Below are positions 13,641 to 27,226 of a stretch of 64,000 nucleotides of DNA, one piece after another (position 1 is the stretch's first letter; the number at the start of each line of letters is the position of its first letter). The notes under the pieces were generated by a model, which ran no database searches, was not told the DNA's origin, and saw only the letters and a program-made list of their open reading frames with translations. This stretch comes from Chrysomallon squamiferum (Eukaryota; Animalia; Mollusca): positions 1,240,001 through 1,304,000 of the forward strand of contig CM022672.1 of assembly GCA_012295275.1 (NCBI GenBank), written 5' to 3'. The position numbers and the translations under genes are program-made.

Positions 13641-14919
13641 GTAAGTACATCACACTTGTAGCGACCATATTAATATAAAGAAGTCTTGCAAACTTTCCTC
13701 CCATGCTGTTCTGTTAACATAGGAGATCTTGTGAGTGGTTCGTGTTTTCAGCAGCAAACGTAATGATGCAAAGTTTTGAAGTTTGAATGGACGGGATTCT
13801 AACATGCTGAACTCAATTTCTTGTCAGGTTCAGCTTTTATACGTGTGAATGTGATGTGTTTACAGTTTTCAGTATTTCTCAGTTTGTGTCTGCTCTGTAC
13901 AACGATTTGTTTTAAGTGAATAGTCGCCTTTGGGTTGTTTTGTTGAAATACAAATTGCTGGTTTACAGAAGAAGCTCTTTGTCACTCTTTGTCTCGCTTG
14001 TTAAACTAAACTTTAAAACTACTTAGGTGAATAACTGAACAAGTCACCATGAAATTGGAAATAAAAACTGCATTAATTATATCTGAGAACAATTTGATTA
14101 AAATCCTGTTCCTTTCATTGTATAAAAGGAAAACGTTTGATATCGTTTTCTTTACTACTACAACTACTACTACTACTACTACGACTACTACTATTACCAA
14201 CACCGCCACAGCTACTACTACTACTACTGCTATAAGTTCAAGCACTACTACAACTATACTGCTACAGTTTTGTTAAAGCTACTACTGCTATGTAGTTGTT
14301 ACAGTTGTCACTGCTGTGTTATTGTTGCATTATTTTTTCACTCTGAAAATCGATAAACTAGCACTAAACACTAGGTGATCTTATTTGAAAACCGATATTT
14401 CTAATTGTTGCCTTTTGTTATTAAATTTATTTTTATCATGTACGTATTTTTATCACGTAGCAGTGAAGACAGGACACCCGCGTCAGGTCAGCGAGAAACC
14501 GTTGTGTTTTTTCTTTTTCTAATCACTTTATTCGGAACCATTTTGTGACAGAAATCTCTTGAAAGCTAAAAGAAAAATAATTCACTTACGACTCGGTGGC
14601 AGAATGGTCAAGTCATTTAATTTTAGTCTTATTTTAACGGGACTGATTCCCAGATGATTCCTGTATAACGTGGCAATAATCAGTCTATCCCCAGACTAAA
14701 TCAGCGCCAAACTTTTTAGCAAGTGAAGCTTCTGCACCGCTGAAAGCAAACACGAAAATCATTTAGCTCCATAATTAGCCATTAAAGCTGCTATTTGTAA
14801 GACAGAAATGTTGCGTGTCTGTGGCTGCGCGCGTAATGGATTCGAATGATAATCCAGAGAATTCAGATCAGTATTTCACTGCAGAGTTCCACTTCGATCT
14901 CTTTGCTCCTCCCATGTTT

Positions 14920-15127
14920 TATGATGGCCATCGTATGTATTTTCCTGTCTACGGGATTGTGCGTGCGAACGATGTGTTACGGCTGACTGTAAAAAGAGTA
15001 GGCCTATCCCTTAGCCTGGCGGCTGTAGATTGCTTTTTCATTATCTATTAGACCTTTTTCACCTTATGTATTATGCCATATATTAAAACTGTGTTGAGTG
15101 CATCGCTAAATAAAAGATTTCTTCTTT
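14920..15127 (+). mobile_element. Decayed SINE body and tail (Meta-domain-like, mollusc type)
   Basis: TTTCCTGTCTACGGGATTGTGCG...AAAAGAGTAGGCC...TGTGTTGAGTGCATCGCTAAATAAAAGATTTCTTC is colinear with copies at about 40390, 45780 and 53770 (minus). The match to the MetaSINE core (ATCCTGTCTGTGGGATGGTGCATATAAAAGA...) is from memory and needs a Dfam check. Confidence 0.55.
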
Positions 15128-15507
15128 TGTTCAGTGCAGTGAAGGAACAATAAACTACTAACTTACTGTCAGAATACTGGATAATAGTCCAGAATAGCTA
15201 GCTTGAACCTTGCTCCGTTATGGCTGATAATAACGATTGGCTTCATACAATCGAGAATGACAAAAGTGTAACGATTTTAACTTGCGTTCTATTAGCTGGA
15301 AGGAATTAGAAACAATTACTGGAATATTTATAGGCTACGATTTGGCCATTACCGTATTTGGTATGCAATAAGTCTGCAGTTTGTTTTAATGGCAGCGATA
15401 TATCTTTCGCAGACAAAAGCTTTTTGAAAAACGTCAACAAATAATTTTCTTCATATTTTTTATAAACGTTTTATTTATTGTATACCTATATAGATACCTA
15501 TGTGTGT

Positions 15508-15538
<31 letters not shown>

Positions 15539-15985
15539 GATTCATACTGTTCCTATTAATTCATCGAATCCATTCAGAATTTCCGTTTCTATTTACTTTT
15601 ACTTCGTTTGATAAAAAACCCACATAACTCTATAAAACTAATCTTAACATCACCATATGCTGTATTTATATTTTAATCAAAATGGTTTCTTTCAAAGCAC
15701 ATTTTATATTTTCTTCTTCCCGTGTACCATCAACATTATTACTTTTTCCCTGACATTGTCTAGTTTCAGGATTTCGTTTGTTTGCGTATTTGCTAAGAGC
15801 AAGCAGAGACGACAAACATATTGATTAGTGTTTTGTTGTTTTTTTAGGTTGTTGTTGTTGTTTTTCGCGGGTTTTTTTTTCTTTAATTTTTGTTTGTGCT
15901 GTTTGTGGATCTTAAATATTATGTTCACGTAATTTACAAAGCACACACACACACACACGCACTCATACACACATTAGAGTGTAGG

Positions 15986-15992
<7 letters not shown>

Positions 15993-16020
<28 letters not shown>

Positions 16021-16072
16021 GGTTGTATTGTTATTCTTGTTGTTGTTGTTATTATTGTTATTGCTATTATTA

Positions 16073-16134
<62 letters not shown>
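15993..16134. repeat. (AT)n plus (GTT)n/(ATT)n compound
   Basis: Visible runs. Confidence 0.95.
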
Positions 16135-17749
16135 GACTGCTGTCATGTTTTGTAAGAAAAACATTGATTTATGTGTATTTTGAAGTTGAAGTCAAGAGTT
16201 TAAACTGTTTTGAAAGCAATATTTCAGTTCACCACATTTGTTTGAAAATCACTCAAACTGGAACACTAACCCAGTGGCTAACTTGATCATTTCCCAGAGA
16301 CCAAACTGAATTTCTAAAGACATCAACGAAGTAAAAAGAATACGATTAACAACAATCAGTCAAAGAGGAAGACAAAATAATTGAAATATTGAAATAATTT
16401 AATTTTGTTTTATTCTTGTCTGAGCTTCTTCCTAGGTAATTGCTTTTAAATCAATATCTGAACGATTTTAACATTAAAACTCTTAATATTTGATCATTTG
16501 CTAGAACCTTCACAAAATTTAAAGTGTTTTTTTAAAGAATTTTGGCATTTTCTTTTATATATTTAAGAGCTAAAGCGACAGATTCCCTGCATTTTGTCCC
16601 GGTGTAATGAAATCATATTAATTCCGTCTAGTAACGGTACCAAATTCCTAATGGGATTTCCTCTACGCTAACTGGATTACATTAATATAACCTGTGAGTG
16701 GATTATTCCTTTCGTAACAAGAAAATGTTCCTCGTCCCACTGGAAATAAACATTCACAGTGTACAGAGCTTTTAACACGCGTTCATTAATGGCATTTGCA
16801 TTCAATGAACACTTAGCGTTTTGGCATTTATTAAATATTCAGTTATTCTTACATAACATTTCCCAAATCAAATTATAACGCGTCGGACGTCATAATTGAC
16901 GAAAGTAAAGAAATACGGTGTAAAAGAAAACGCAAATGATGATGTTAATGATAGTAACATCACGACGACGATGATGATGATAGTGATAATGATGATGATG
17001 ACGATAGTGATAGTGATAAGAATAATGATGATGATGATGGTGGTGGTAACGATAAAACTGTAGAAAAAAAATCCACACCAAAAAGACCAATAACGAAAAC
17101 AAAAAAGAATTAACTGTACTAATAGAGTAAGATCAAAAGATAAACCACAACAACACCATTTTCAAACCATCCGCCTCAGCAGATAATGAAAGTGCGGAAT
17201 TATACAAAACAAAACCCAGTGTAGAAGACAAAACGACGATTAATATTCTTTCTGGCAAGTTCTGAACAAAGAACGTATGGATTTCAAATTGACTATAAAA
17301 TTGGTTCCATCTTCTGATCAGAGGAATCACTCTTGGTGAAATGTAATTGCTACGCTTTTTCCTGAGTGCAGCGGGACCGAAATATCTAGTAATGTGTGTA
17401 TATAATGTTTTATTTTGCACTAATCGTATTCACAGCCATTTACTTCAAAGACACGATGTTCTCAAGGGCCACGCTTCAAATTAAATAATAATGGCGTTTG
17501 CTTTCGCATGTCAAGGCTATGAGGATTTGCCAGATTAATGTCTCCGCTGACGTAATCACGAGTATTTTTTTTTCCTGTTTGTTATATGCGTGTTTATGCA
17601 TATAAGATATGTGAGGAAAAGCCAACATATACCGACCAACAATTAATTCGTACACGACCTCCACAGGAACAGAAGTATCAATAACAACTCTAGGCGTTAA
17701 AGTCTCACTGTGAAAACGTTTAAAAAGCTGACTGCTCACTAATTTATAC

Positions 17750-18062
17750 TAAATGGTAATGGTACTTAATTGTTACTTGTTGTCTGAGCTTTGTAGGTGT
17801 ATTTATAAAATGGTGATTTTCGTGTATTTAATTAATCGTTGTTTTGCTGTATGTTTTAAATGCCGAGTTTCGCATATGCTTTTAATGGTGTTTCATGTGC
17901 GAACGTAATGGTGGTTTCTTATATTATATAATGGTGATTTTAATATATATTATTTATATACTGATGTAATTTGTAGGTTCGTTGTATTTACTTAAATGGC
18001 GAGTTATATATGTGCAAGTAGCACTGAAGTTTTCATATGTAATTAGTGATGAGTTTCTTATA
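17750..18062. repeat. Highly degenerate tandem array of about 23-26 bp
   Basis: Recurring AATGGTG(A/G)TTT / AAATGGCGAGTT / AAATGCCGAGTTT words at irregular multiples of about 25 bp. Confidence 0.55.
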
Positions 18063-21000
18063 TCCTTTTTGTTTATCCCTCATACATCCCGTGCACATAC
18101 ATCACGTCGAATTGGATTAAGACTGTTGTAACGTGTACGTCTGGGTCAGGAAGAACGACAATACACGAGGCAAGAATAGCAAAGAAATCTCATTTGAATC
18201 TTTAGGAAAGCAGACTTGAGCCCGTTCAGTTGGAGACGTGACGTAATCAAATTGTATCATCGCTCGTGGTTTTGAAAGAAAACTTCCATGAAGCTTGACC
18301 AGTAATCAACTCTGTGAACCTTGGGTCTCTTACTAAACATTGCTAAGATTCGGAAAGACCGGGTTTTCTGGAAACTCCACATAATCGAGTTGATATCTTT
18401 CTGAGGTTATATCTGTGGTTTAGCCGAAAGACATTACGTCGTTCTGTTGTTAGCATCCGTGATAAAGTACAAGCCCGAGGCCCTTCAGGTTGCAAGATCA
18501 ACCCACAACAACCGATTTTTGTTTTAGATAGCTCTTATTATTCTGTCCTATACTTTCATTAAAAATATACTACAGTAGGTGTGTGTTGAGAACGGTTATA
18601 AAACGTCAGCTGTGATAGCAGATAAAACGTAATGACCAGTGGCTACTGAACACTATAATTATGTTATTATGACAACTATTTATTTAATTATTTTAATATA
18701 TCCTATAATTTTATTATTATGTAACAAATTTTTATATTTAATTATTATATTCCTGAAATATGGCTGCGTTATTTATTTGTTTTGTCTTTAAAAACTGGCC
18801 AGTGGATAGATAGTTTTATTTATTTATGAGTAAATACTTCTTATTCATAAAATTATAATAGATTTTTTCTTCTGTTCTTCTTCCATTTTTTTATTTTGTC
18901 TTTTTTGCTCGTTTGTTTTTGTTTTTATTTTTTGTTCATTCTTTATTATTATTCTTTCTTTCCTACAAGACAAGCTAAATATTTATTCATTCATATAGTC
19001 ACGTAGAATGCTGCTGTTGACTGCGTCTACAGAAATAAATTCCTCTTTCGATGAATATTCTGCACACACATTTTTTTTCGTGATTATAAACAAGAGAAGA
19101 TAACGTTTGAGTGCACTTTCCAATGACGTCACTATCAAAACACTGGCTAATGAAACCATAATTTGCAACTTTTTTTTTGTTTGTTTTATGGCTTTATTCA
19201 ATCTTCTTTTAATAACAGAAAAAAAAAAATGTGGTAATGGCTGCACTAATCTTTTATAAATATTATAATAAAAATTAAGAAAAAAGTTATCAATGATCTT
19301 CTATCCTTTCAAGTTAGTCAGAGCCTTGGGCAGACTTTCCAGTCGCTAATCACCATGTTGTCTTGGCTGACTTTCATGTCATTCGAATAATAATTAAAAA
19401 AATGCAATACGCCCGGAAACAAAATGATCTCTTTCGATTATTTTTAAGTGTATATGATCCTTATATGAAACTGCTCTCATCTATTCATTCCTTTTCTAAT
19501 AAGCCTTTTGGCTGTTACTTCATTTTTTCAGTGGCGTATTTTCTTTCAATGTCATCATTCGGATCTCGTGTCCAATTAAGAATCAAACATGCTGAAATGA
19601 TCACGCAACTGCGGTGTGAGTTGTACGCGCCCGGAGCAGAGTCTGATAGGTCAGACAGGGATAAAAAAGATCCAATTGTCGGCAGCTAGATGTCTTTTAT
19701 GTACATTTGTAAATTACCAGCTCTGCGTTATGTTACTTACATGAGTTAATGTGTCTGTTGTTCTGATTTTGTCTGGTCCAGTTATTACTATAGGCACTGG
19801 TTATTTTTATGGCTTGTTGCAAAGTAGTGTTGGTTTTTTATAAAGTAAAAATATAATAATAAAATGAAATGAATAAAAAAAGATGAAATAAAAGCGTGCT
19901 TGCAACACACACACACACAGTATTTCTACATACCACGGTTTTAATTCACACTGGCTTCTGCCAAAAGCTAATGGAATAGCGATTTGCAGCATGTTGTTTG
20001 TTTTGTTGTTGTTGTTGTTTTGTTTTTTTTTTCAATTAAATTTCTAATACTCCAGAACTGTTTTGAAGAAACCACGAAATTTGTGCGCCTAACGAAGATG
20101 TCTGAAATTATTTTAAGCTTTTAAAATAAATATATGCCTAGTTAACAAGACAACTCTCCTTCAAAATGCCTGCATTTTCGAACCTAAAAAACCTCACTCA
20201 CTTAAAACGGCAATTCTACCAAACAATTGAAACTGTTATCTTCCAGTTTAACAAATATACGTGTACACTCGTGCGTACTGTTGTGTACTGAACACACAAT
20301 GGCCGTCAGCTTATGGAATCAATATTTGGAGCAACAGTAAAGGAATTTTTTTTTTTTTTTTTTTTTGACGAGGAGAAGTGGGTGGTTAATGTATCCATTA
20401 GATGACCTTAGTAATGCCAAGGGCGGTAATTCAATTATAGTCGCATTCAATATTCGAAGCGGCGAATCGTTGTCTTGTTCCCGCGCAAAACAACATTGAT
20501 TTTGTGAGCCCAGCAAACGGCATTGTTAACCGAACGGCAATAAATCGAGTATTGTGTGTGTAAGTATGTGTGGTAACGACAACGAAAAGTGACCGTTTTA
20601 CTAAAGCAGGCTTATTTCGATGTTTTATGTGCGTGCGCGTTGTTAAATGATAATGTATGAAAGTATACATCGAGGCTCAACTTGTAACAACAAAAATGTT
20701 TATGTTGGCAGTTTCACACATAATGATTACTTTTAGAGTGAGAAAATCTGATTTATGTGTTTCCTTCATGTAAAATACTTATAACTCGGGAAACGTTCAT
20801 TGTTCTTTAATTTTATTTTATACGAAAGCATCATTACAAAAATACGTGAGGATTTATACACAGAATTGTTCCAGAAAAAAAAGTAACAAAAGATTTCTTT
20901 GTTAAATCTTAAATATCTATATGCTAAAGATTGGCAATGAATCTGTATTGGGAATAAACATGTGTGAAAGACTGATTTTGAATTGTCAAAAGTCGCAGTG

Positions 21001-23413
21001 ATATTATGAAAAAACAAAATAACCGATCTTCATACCCACTGCACCCCATCCACTCCGGAATCCGCCCTTGCAGAGTAATGAATGAAAAAAGACAGAGATA
21101 TTTGTGTCTGTTTTCAAACTGATTTCAGCAACACAATACCATTTTGGATGATTACTACAAAATTCTGAGATAGGTCTTGTATTCTCATTCAAATGAAGTA
21201 ATATCCTGCCAAAAAAAAAAAAAAAAATAAAAATCCTCTCGTATTTTATCGCTCTCCTACAAAGTACTCTCTCTGTGTGTGTGTTTGCTGGAAGCTAGCA
21301 GTAACAGACACGTATATCGACCATTCAGTGGACATGCCATATACACAGATTTACGAATCATATATAAATATATATATACACATGTGTGAATTCATGTGAC
21401 TCGATTCACGAATCTACAAAATATAAGTATCCGGTAATCTTTGATCGGATTTAACATAACAGCTAAATGTTCTCTGTGTGTGGGGTGCGTTTTGTTTGGT
21501 TAGTCTTTTCTGCTTACACAGGAGCAGCTGTTTCAGTACATTGTGTTCCGTCCTAGGAGTGAGTATACTGAAATATCGGTTATAAACTTTGATTGTCTGT
21601 TTCTGTTTTTGTCGAAATCAAAAGGTAAGAAATAATTAGCTAGTAAAGTTTTAATATTTTTTTTTCCCACTTTTTTATTATTATTATTTTTTTTTTTCTT
21701 GTTCTGGTTTATAATTATTAAAGTTATAATTTTTATTTTACTGAAATGTTTATATTCTCCTTTATTCGGGTTCAAGGTATTATTTTATCAGTTTTTGACA
21801 AGTTCTTTAATATATATTGTAGACATTTTTATACATGCTAAAATAATAATAATAATAATCATAAGAGCCAGACACACACACATACACAAACAAACTTTTT
21901 TTATTTTTTTTGGTATGTCCAGTTGTTTTCGTGTGAACAATTAATACATTCAGCTGTTGATTTATTTCAAACAAAATGATTATTTCCGGCATTATAGTGA
22001 TTCGTTAATATCTACATAATTGTAAAACATCATTCATTATCTTGTTTGGGTAAAAAGTGTTATATTTACTTTGTCCTGTTTTTATATGACAGATATTTTG
22101 ATCATATATTACATCTAATCCTGTGCTCCAGTCAGATCTCAGAAGAAGAACGTATTTTACTCTTTGTTACTCAAATCTAACCTGATAGACGTTACACATA
22201 AAATCTGTTTGCACGTAAACATTAAATAAAGCTTAATTATGTTTTTTTTACCCACGCTGTTACTAATAAAAAAAACCATATTCTTTGACTTTAATGAATA
22301 TAGATACCTTTATAACTCTCTTCATTATCAGTGTGTCTAGGAATGCATTCATGTCGACGTATGTACTTATATACGTTGAGTTTGAACCTGTGTGTGTGTA
22401 TGTATACTTGTTTGCATGTATTTATGTATGGATATGCACGTACGTATGTTTGCATGCATGTGTGTGTTTGTATCTGTATATATGAAAGTTTGCATGTTGT
22501 ATGTATGTGTGCATGCACGTATGCCTGTTTTTGTACATGTCTGTGTGAGTGTACTTTTATGTCTTTTTATGCATGCATACTTTGGTGTGTAAAAGTACAG
22601 AAGTGTTAATTATATATATATGTATATTATCCTTAATTAAATCAACAACAGCACAAAAAAAGAAAAAAAAAATTACAAAACAACTTCACCATCAAGAGAA
22701 TTTTTGACATTTCAGTATATGTTATATCTTATTAATCTTTATCCATTTTTCGTCGCGAGTTTCTACTTTGAGCTGACACGTATTAAAGCAAACTAAAACA
22801 AAGAAATCTGGATACGAGTCAATCCCAGTCGGAAACCGCCAACAAGTAAAGCTCGGTTATGGAAGGTGATAAAAGATCGTTCACTTTGTACTCGGACGAT
22901 TGTGGAACACTTCACGAATAAAACCGAGAATAAACGCACTAAACCGAGACTTTATCTTCCACGAAGAACAATCATGGCGATGGCTAATTAACCGGAAGCT
23001 TCGTGTTTATCTCCCTTCGCAGCCTCGACTGAGTCAGATTTATGTCGTGTTGGTGATACACTCCGACTGAAGGCAGCTATAAAGTTATCACTGAATTTAT
23101 TGTCTCGCTGTTGGTCTTTTCTCTGGCAAATTTTACTGCTGTGTCTGCAACTCGTTCAGCTAGATTCCTATTTACAAAGGGAAGCTAAAGTAATTTATTG
23201 TTTTACTTGTAGTAGTTCGGTCGCGCATGCTTTAATCTGCAATTACCTTTTCGCAATGAGCCTTGGCAGTTATTTAAATTGTTTTTATCTAACTACAAAC
23301 GTTATAATTAATTAATAAAAAAAAATAAAAAAAATGTTGGCTGTCAGATTATTTCAGCTGTTAGAAATAGATCAATCCCAAACATACATCCATAGCGAGA
23401 GAGAGAGAGACTG

Positions 23414-23474
<61 letters not shown>

Positions 23475-23561
23475 AATAGATAAACAGACGGATGGACATA
23501 TATACAGCTATATATATAGATAGAGATATAGATAAACAGAGAGACTGACAGAGAGACAGAA

Positions 23562-23701
23562 AGAGAGACAGAGAGAACCTAGTATATTCTTGAAAATATA
23601 ATTTATTATACCACAAACGATTTAAATAAAAGAGAGACAGAGAGAGTCTAGTATATTTTTATACATATAGTTTATTATAAGCAAAACGATTTAAATAAAA
23701 G
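23562..23701. repeat. Two-copy tandem duplication of about 70 bp
   Basis: AGAGAGACAGAGAGA..CTAGTATATT...TTTATTATA...AAACGATTTAAATAAAAG occurs twice. Confidence 0.9.
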
Positions 23702-24431
23702 TAACACTTTATTAATTGTAATCTTCTTTCTTTCTCATCCCGAATCAATGACACCTGAAATGAACGTTTTGTGGTCTGCTGTTTACCTACTCGGATGAGT
23801 GTACACACTACAGAACAGTGCCACTGACAACACGCGATTCATTTCCTACGTTTAAACACTTCTGTCACTGTTTTCTGTGCTTAATCACTTAACATTCCTT
23901 AATATCAATTATCGAATGAGCCATCCATTCATGCCTGCCTGTTTTGATCGAAATAAGTAATTGTATGTTCAACCATATTACAGTGTCGATTGAACTAACA
24001 TTCCAGTGTATTTCAGCAATTCAGTTCTTCTATTAATATCATTCTTTCACCATTCCTTCCATCAGTATTTCCTGTGTTTCTTCAATCCTTCAGTCTATTT
24101 TCCGTTTTGTTTTCGTCCTGTTTTTGATTTAATATTATTTTTCCCTGTGTCAGTAGATAAAGACAATCAAATTAATAAATGAACAGAAATTAAAAAAAAA
24201 TGATATTTGTAGTAGATTGAAACAAATATGTCTCCAGTGTTTAGATTAATGTACCCAACATACAGGGCATACCAGCTCCAGTTTAGTCTTCTTTATACTG
24301 ATCCATTTCATATATGGATTCAGTTTCCATGTTTTAATCAGTTTGTTCTATCATCATCTTGCAAACCATTTTTTATTCATTAAAAATTAACAGACTGCTG
24401 GATTAATATTTCTTTGTGTGCTGACTAGTGC

Positions 24432-24510
24432 CTAGTACTTATCAAAGGCCTTGGTACCAACTTTCTAGTGGATGAAATATGTAAAGGATCTTTCAGATGC
24501 AATGTAAAAG
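24432..24510 (+). mobile_element. Short decayed fragment, probably of the same SINE family
   Basis: TATCAAAGGCCTTGGTA...GTGGATGAAATATGTAAAGGATC is colinear with the cores at 14920 and 40390. Confidence 0.35.
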
Positions 24511-25989
24511 TGTATACATATAGTTCAGCGATAGTAGTATGTTTTAAGGAAAATATATAATGATTAAATTAGTATTAATATTAGTAAGTAATATTTTCTC
24601 AATTTATGATGATGACAGAAACCATATAAAACAAAAAATATTGTAATAGTAATATTGGTAGGAGTTAAAATTTCATATCATCATAATACAAAAGCTACGT
24701 TACAATAAAGATATTTCAATAGAATTAGTAAGCAAGCGATATATTATCATATGTTTATAATAAAAGATAATATAATTATTGTTATAGCAGTAGTGGGCGA
24801 CATCCCCTTATACCACTGTTACTGAAGAAGCCACATTTGAATCATAATAACCTTCAACAATAAAACATGCCCAGTTGTCGTTAAACAAACATTTACTCGT
24901 TTGTTTGTAACTCATAGCCCCAACCACACAGAGCGTAACAAAACATAAAATATGTCAAGTTTCGCCCATTCTCGATCAGTACTTTATACCTTTAGTATAC
25001 TAGTACATTCGACATTACCTCAACAAATAGATAATGCAGATACCGCGTGTAGTACATACCAATCCTCATCAGCTCTCATTGTGTACCACATGTTAGCTAG
25101 TTAGTGGTTTACAATTTGTCAGCAGCTAATGACGGCAATTATAGAAATCAGTATAGGGACCGTGCATTCAGATTAACTAATTATTGCTTTTTATGTGATA
25201 GCATATGACAAGCAAACTCCGCGACCTCTGCAACAGTTGATAGAGGCTTGAGCTTCATCAAAGCAGGCATGAATGACGTCTGCTGTCGTAACTGCAGACG
25301 ACAACCCTTTCCTTTCAAGCAGTAAATTATTGTTATTATATTATTGCTGTGGAGATTACTGTGAATAATAAAGTATTTAAGCGAAGATAGAGAGCTTGTT
25401 TTGTATACGAGTATCTCTGTCGGGTGAACAGATGGCGAAGGTCAGTGACAGTGGTTATGACAGGCGTTCTTGAACCTAGCGTAATGGTTGAGTTCTACGT
25501 AAGACTGGTACGTACTCGGATCGCGCCCCACTTCTGGCATATATTCATTTCTGATTGGTCAGGCATACACAATCATTACACCTTTCATTTTTCTAGCCAG
25601 TTCTTTAAGACACAAAAACTCACACGGATTGCTGTAAACTGTTTACAAGAATTTGGTTTTTGGACTTCCAGAGATTTATAAGAACGTTTCAAAAGTTTTG
25701 TAAACTGACTAAATAAAAACTGTATCTCAAATATCCACGGATAGCAAGATCGACTGTGCATGGTGAACTTGTAATCACAGCTCAGTTATTAGGCTGTTAT
25801 AAAAAGAAAGAAAGAAAGGAAAGCAAACAAAAAGTAACATTTCACACACACACACACACAATGTTTAAAGCTTACTATATCTGTAACTGAGAGAAACGTC
25901 TAACAGGATGCTCTGTTTAACTTGTGTAAATATCAAAATTAATGTAGCTTTTGAATGGTGTTGTGTAAAACTTATGTACTCTGTCAACA

Positions 25990-26032
25990 TGGCTTGAACC
26001 CGCGAACCATCGCTTCCCAGGCAGATGTTGTA
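25990..26032 (-). mobile_element. tRNA-derived SINE head relic
   Basis: Minus strand reads CATCTGCCTGGGAAGCGATGGTTCGCGGGTTCAAGCC, with a Pol III B-box-like GGTTCAAGCC. No cloverleaf. Confidence 0.35.
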
Positions 26033-27175
26033 TTTCGCGAGAGGCATATCAAAACAATCGATTACCAGGCGAAATACCCCAGTACGTATCAACGTGGCTA
26101 AAATACACAAGACGTTGTTTAGCCAGACATTCCCGTTCATCACAGTCATAGTATTTCAAGTAAAGTAAATAACTTAGCGAGATGTGTTGTTTGAGAAAAT
26201 ATACAAGTAAGTGTGGCAGAATCGAAGAGTCAACTAGTCCATAAATCAAGCTTGTTTATTTTATTTATACTTGAAAAGAAAGTTAGCAATTTTTTTCTTA
26301 AAGCTGTTAAAAATGAAGGTTGGTAATTGTAGATGTCTGCAAAAAAAAAAAAATAATAATAATAAAAAAAAAAAATAATAATAATAAAAATAATAATAAA
26401 GTAAAAAAAATAAATAAAAAAATAAAAATAAAAGTTGAGTTAAAGACCGACTGACAGACAGGCAGACAGAGTGACAGATAACATCTAAAAACATTAAATG
26501 TAGAAATTTCTGTTTTTGCCGATGTTTTTAAAAGTAAAGTAAACAAATAAATAATGTTAACCTTTTTTTTTTTTACTAAAGTTGTAGAGATGTCATGATA
26601 ATGGGTATGGTAGTAGTAGTGGTAGTAGTAGTAGCAACAGCAGCAGCAACTGCAGTAGTAGTAGAAACAGCAACAGCAGCAGCAACAGTACCACTAATGA
26701 TAATAGTAAAAAAAAAAAAAAATGAAAGCATCAATACGTTAAATTGTTAAAAGGAAAAATAAATAAATAAAAAATAAAATAAAACATTTGAAAGAAATTC
26801 AGACTGAGTAAAAATAGATTTTCTTTACCCTCCTGTGTTTTAGAACCGTATATAAATTTTTAGAACTAAACCCTTCATATGACGTCATAATCAGTTAAAC
26901 ACGTCGTTTTAGCAACGCAGTTCTTCTGTTCGCTTTTTAATATGCAGCACGTTTAAAAATAGATTTATTTCTGGAATGGCTGATTTGATATTCGATAATA
27001 CAAAAGGTAATCTTTAGGCTAAAGCATTCTACGAAAATACATCAAGAAATTACGTTAACTTTAGCTTAAATACATAGAGCGAAAATGGCAGCCTCTAATG
27101 CATGTTATGCTAAAGTATTTATTTATTTTACTGGGTGCGGTGAGAAAGCTTAAGCATACACAAACACACAACATA

Positions 27176-27226
<51 letters not shown>

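Noticed and set aside
14815-15051. 78-aa protein-looking ORF (MSVAARVMDSND...)
   Set aside because: Its 3' half overlaps the decayed SINE core, it has a GTG start, and no domain is recognised.
21522-21624. Exon-like stretch reading EQLFQYIVFR..., reminiscent of the LSM14 YIIFRGSDI motif
   Set aside because: The similarity ends after FR, the conserved GSDI is absent, the 3' half is intron-like T-rich sequence, and no other LSM14 exon is seen.
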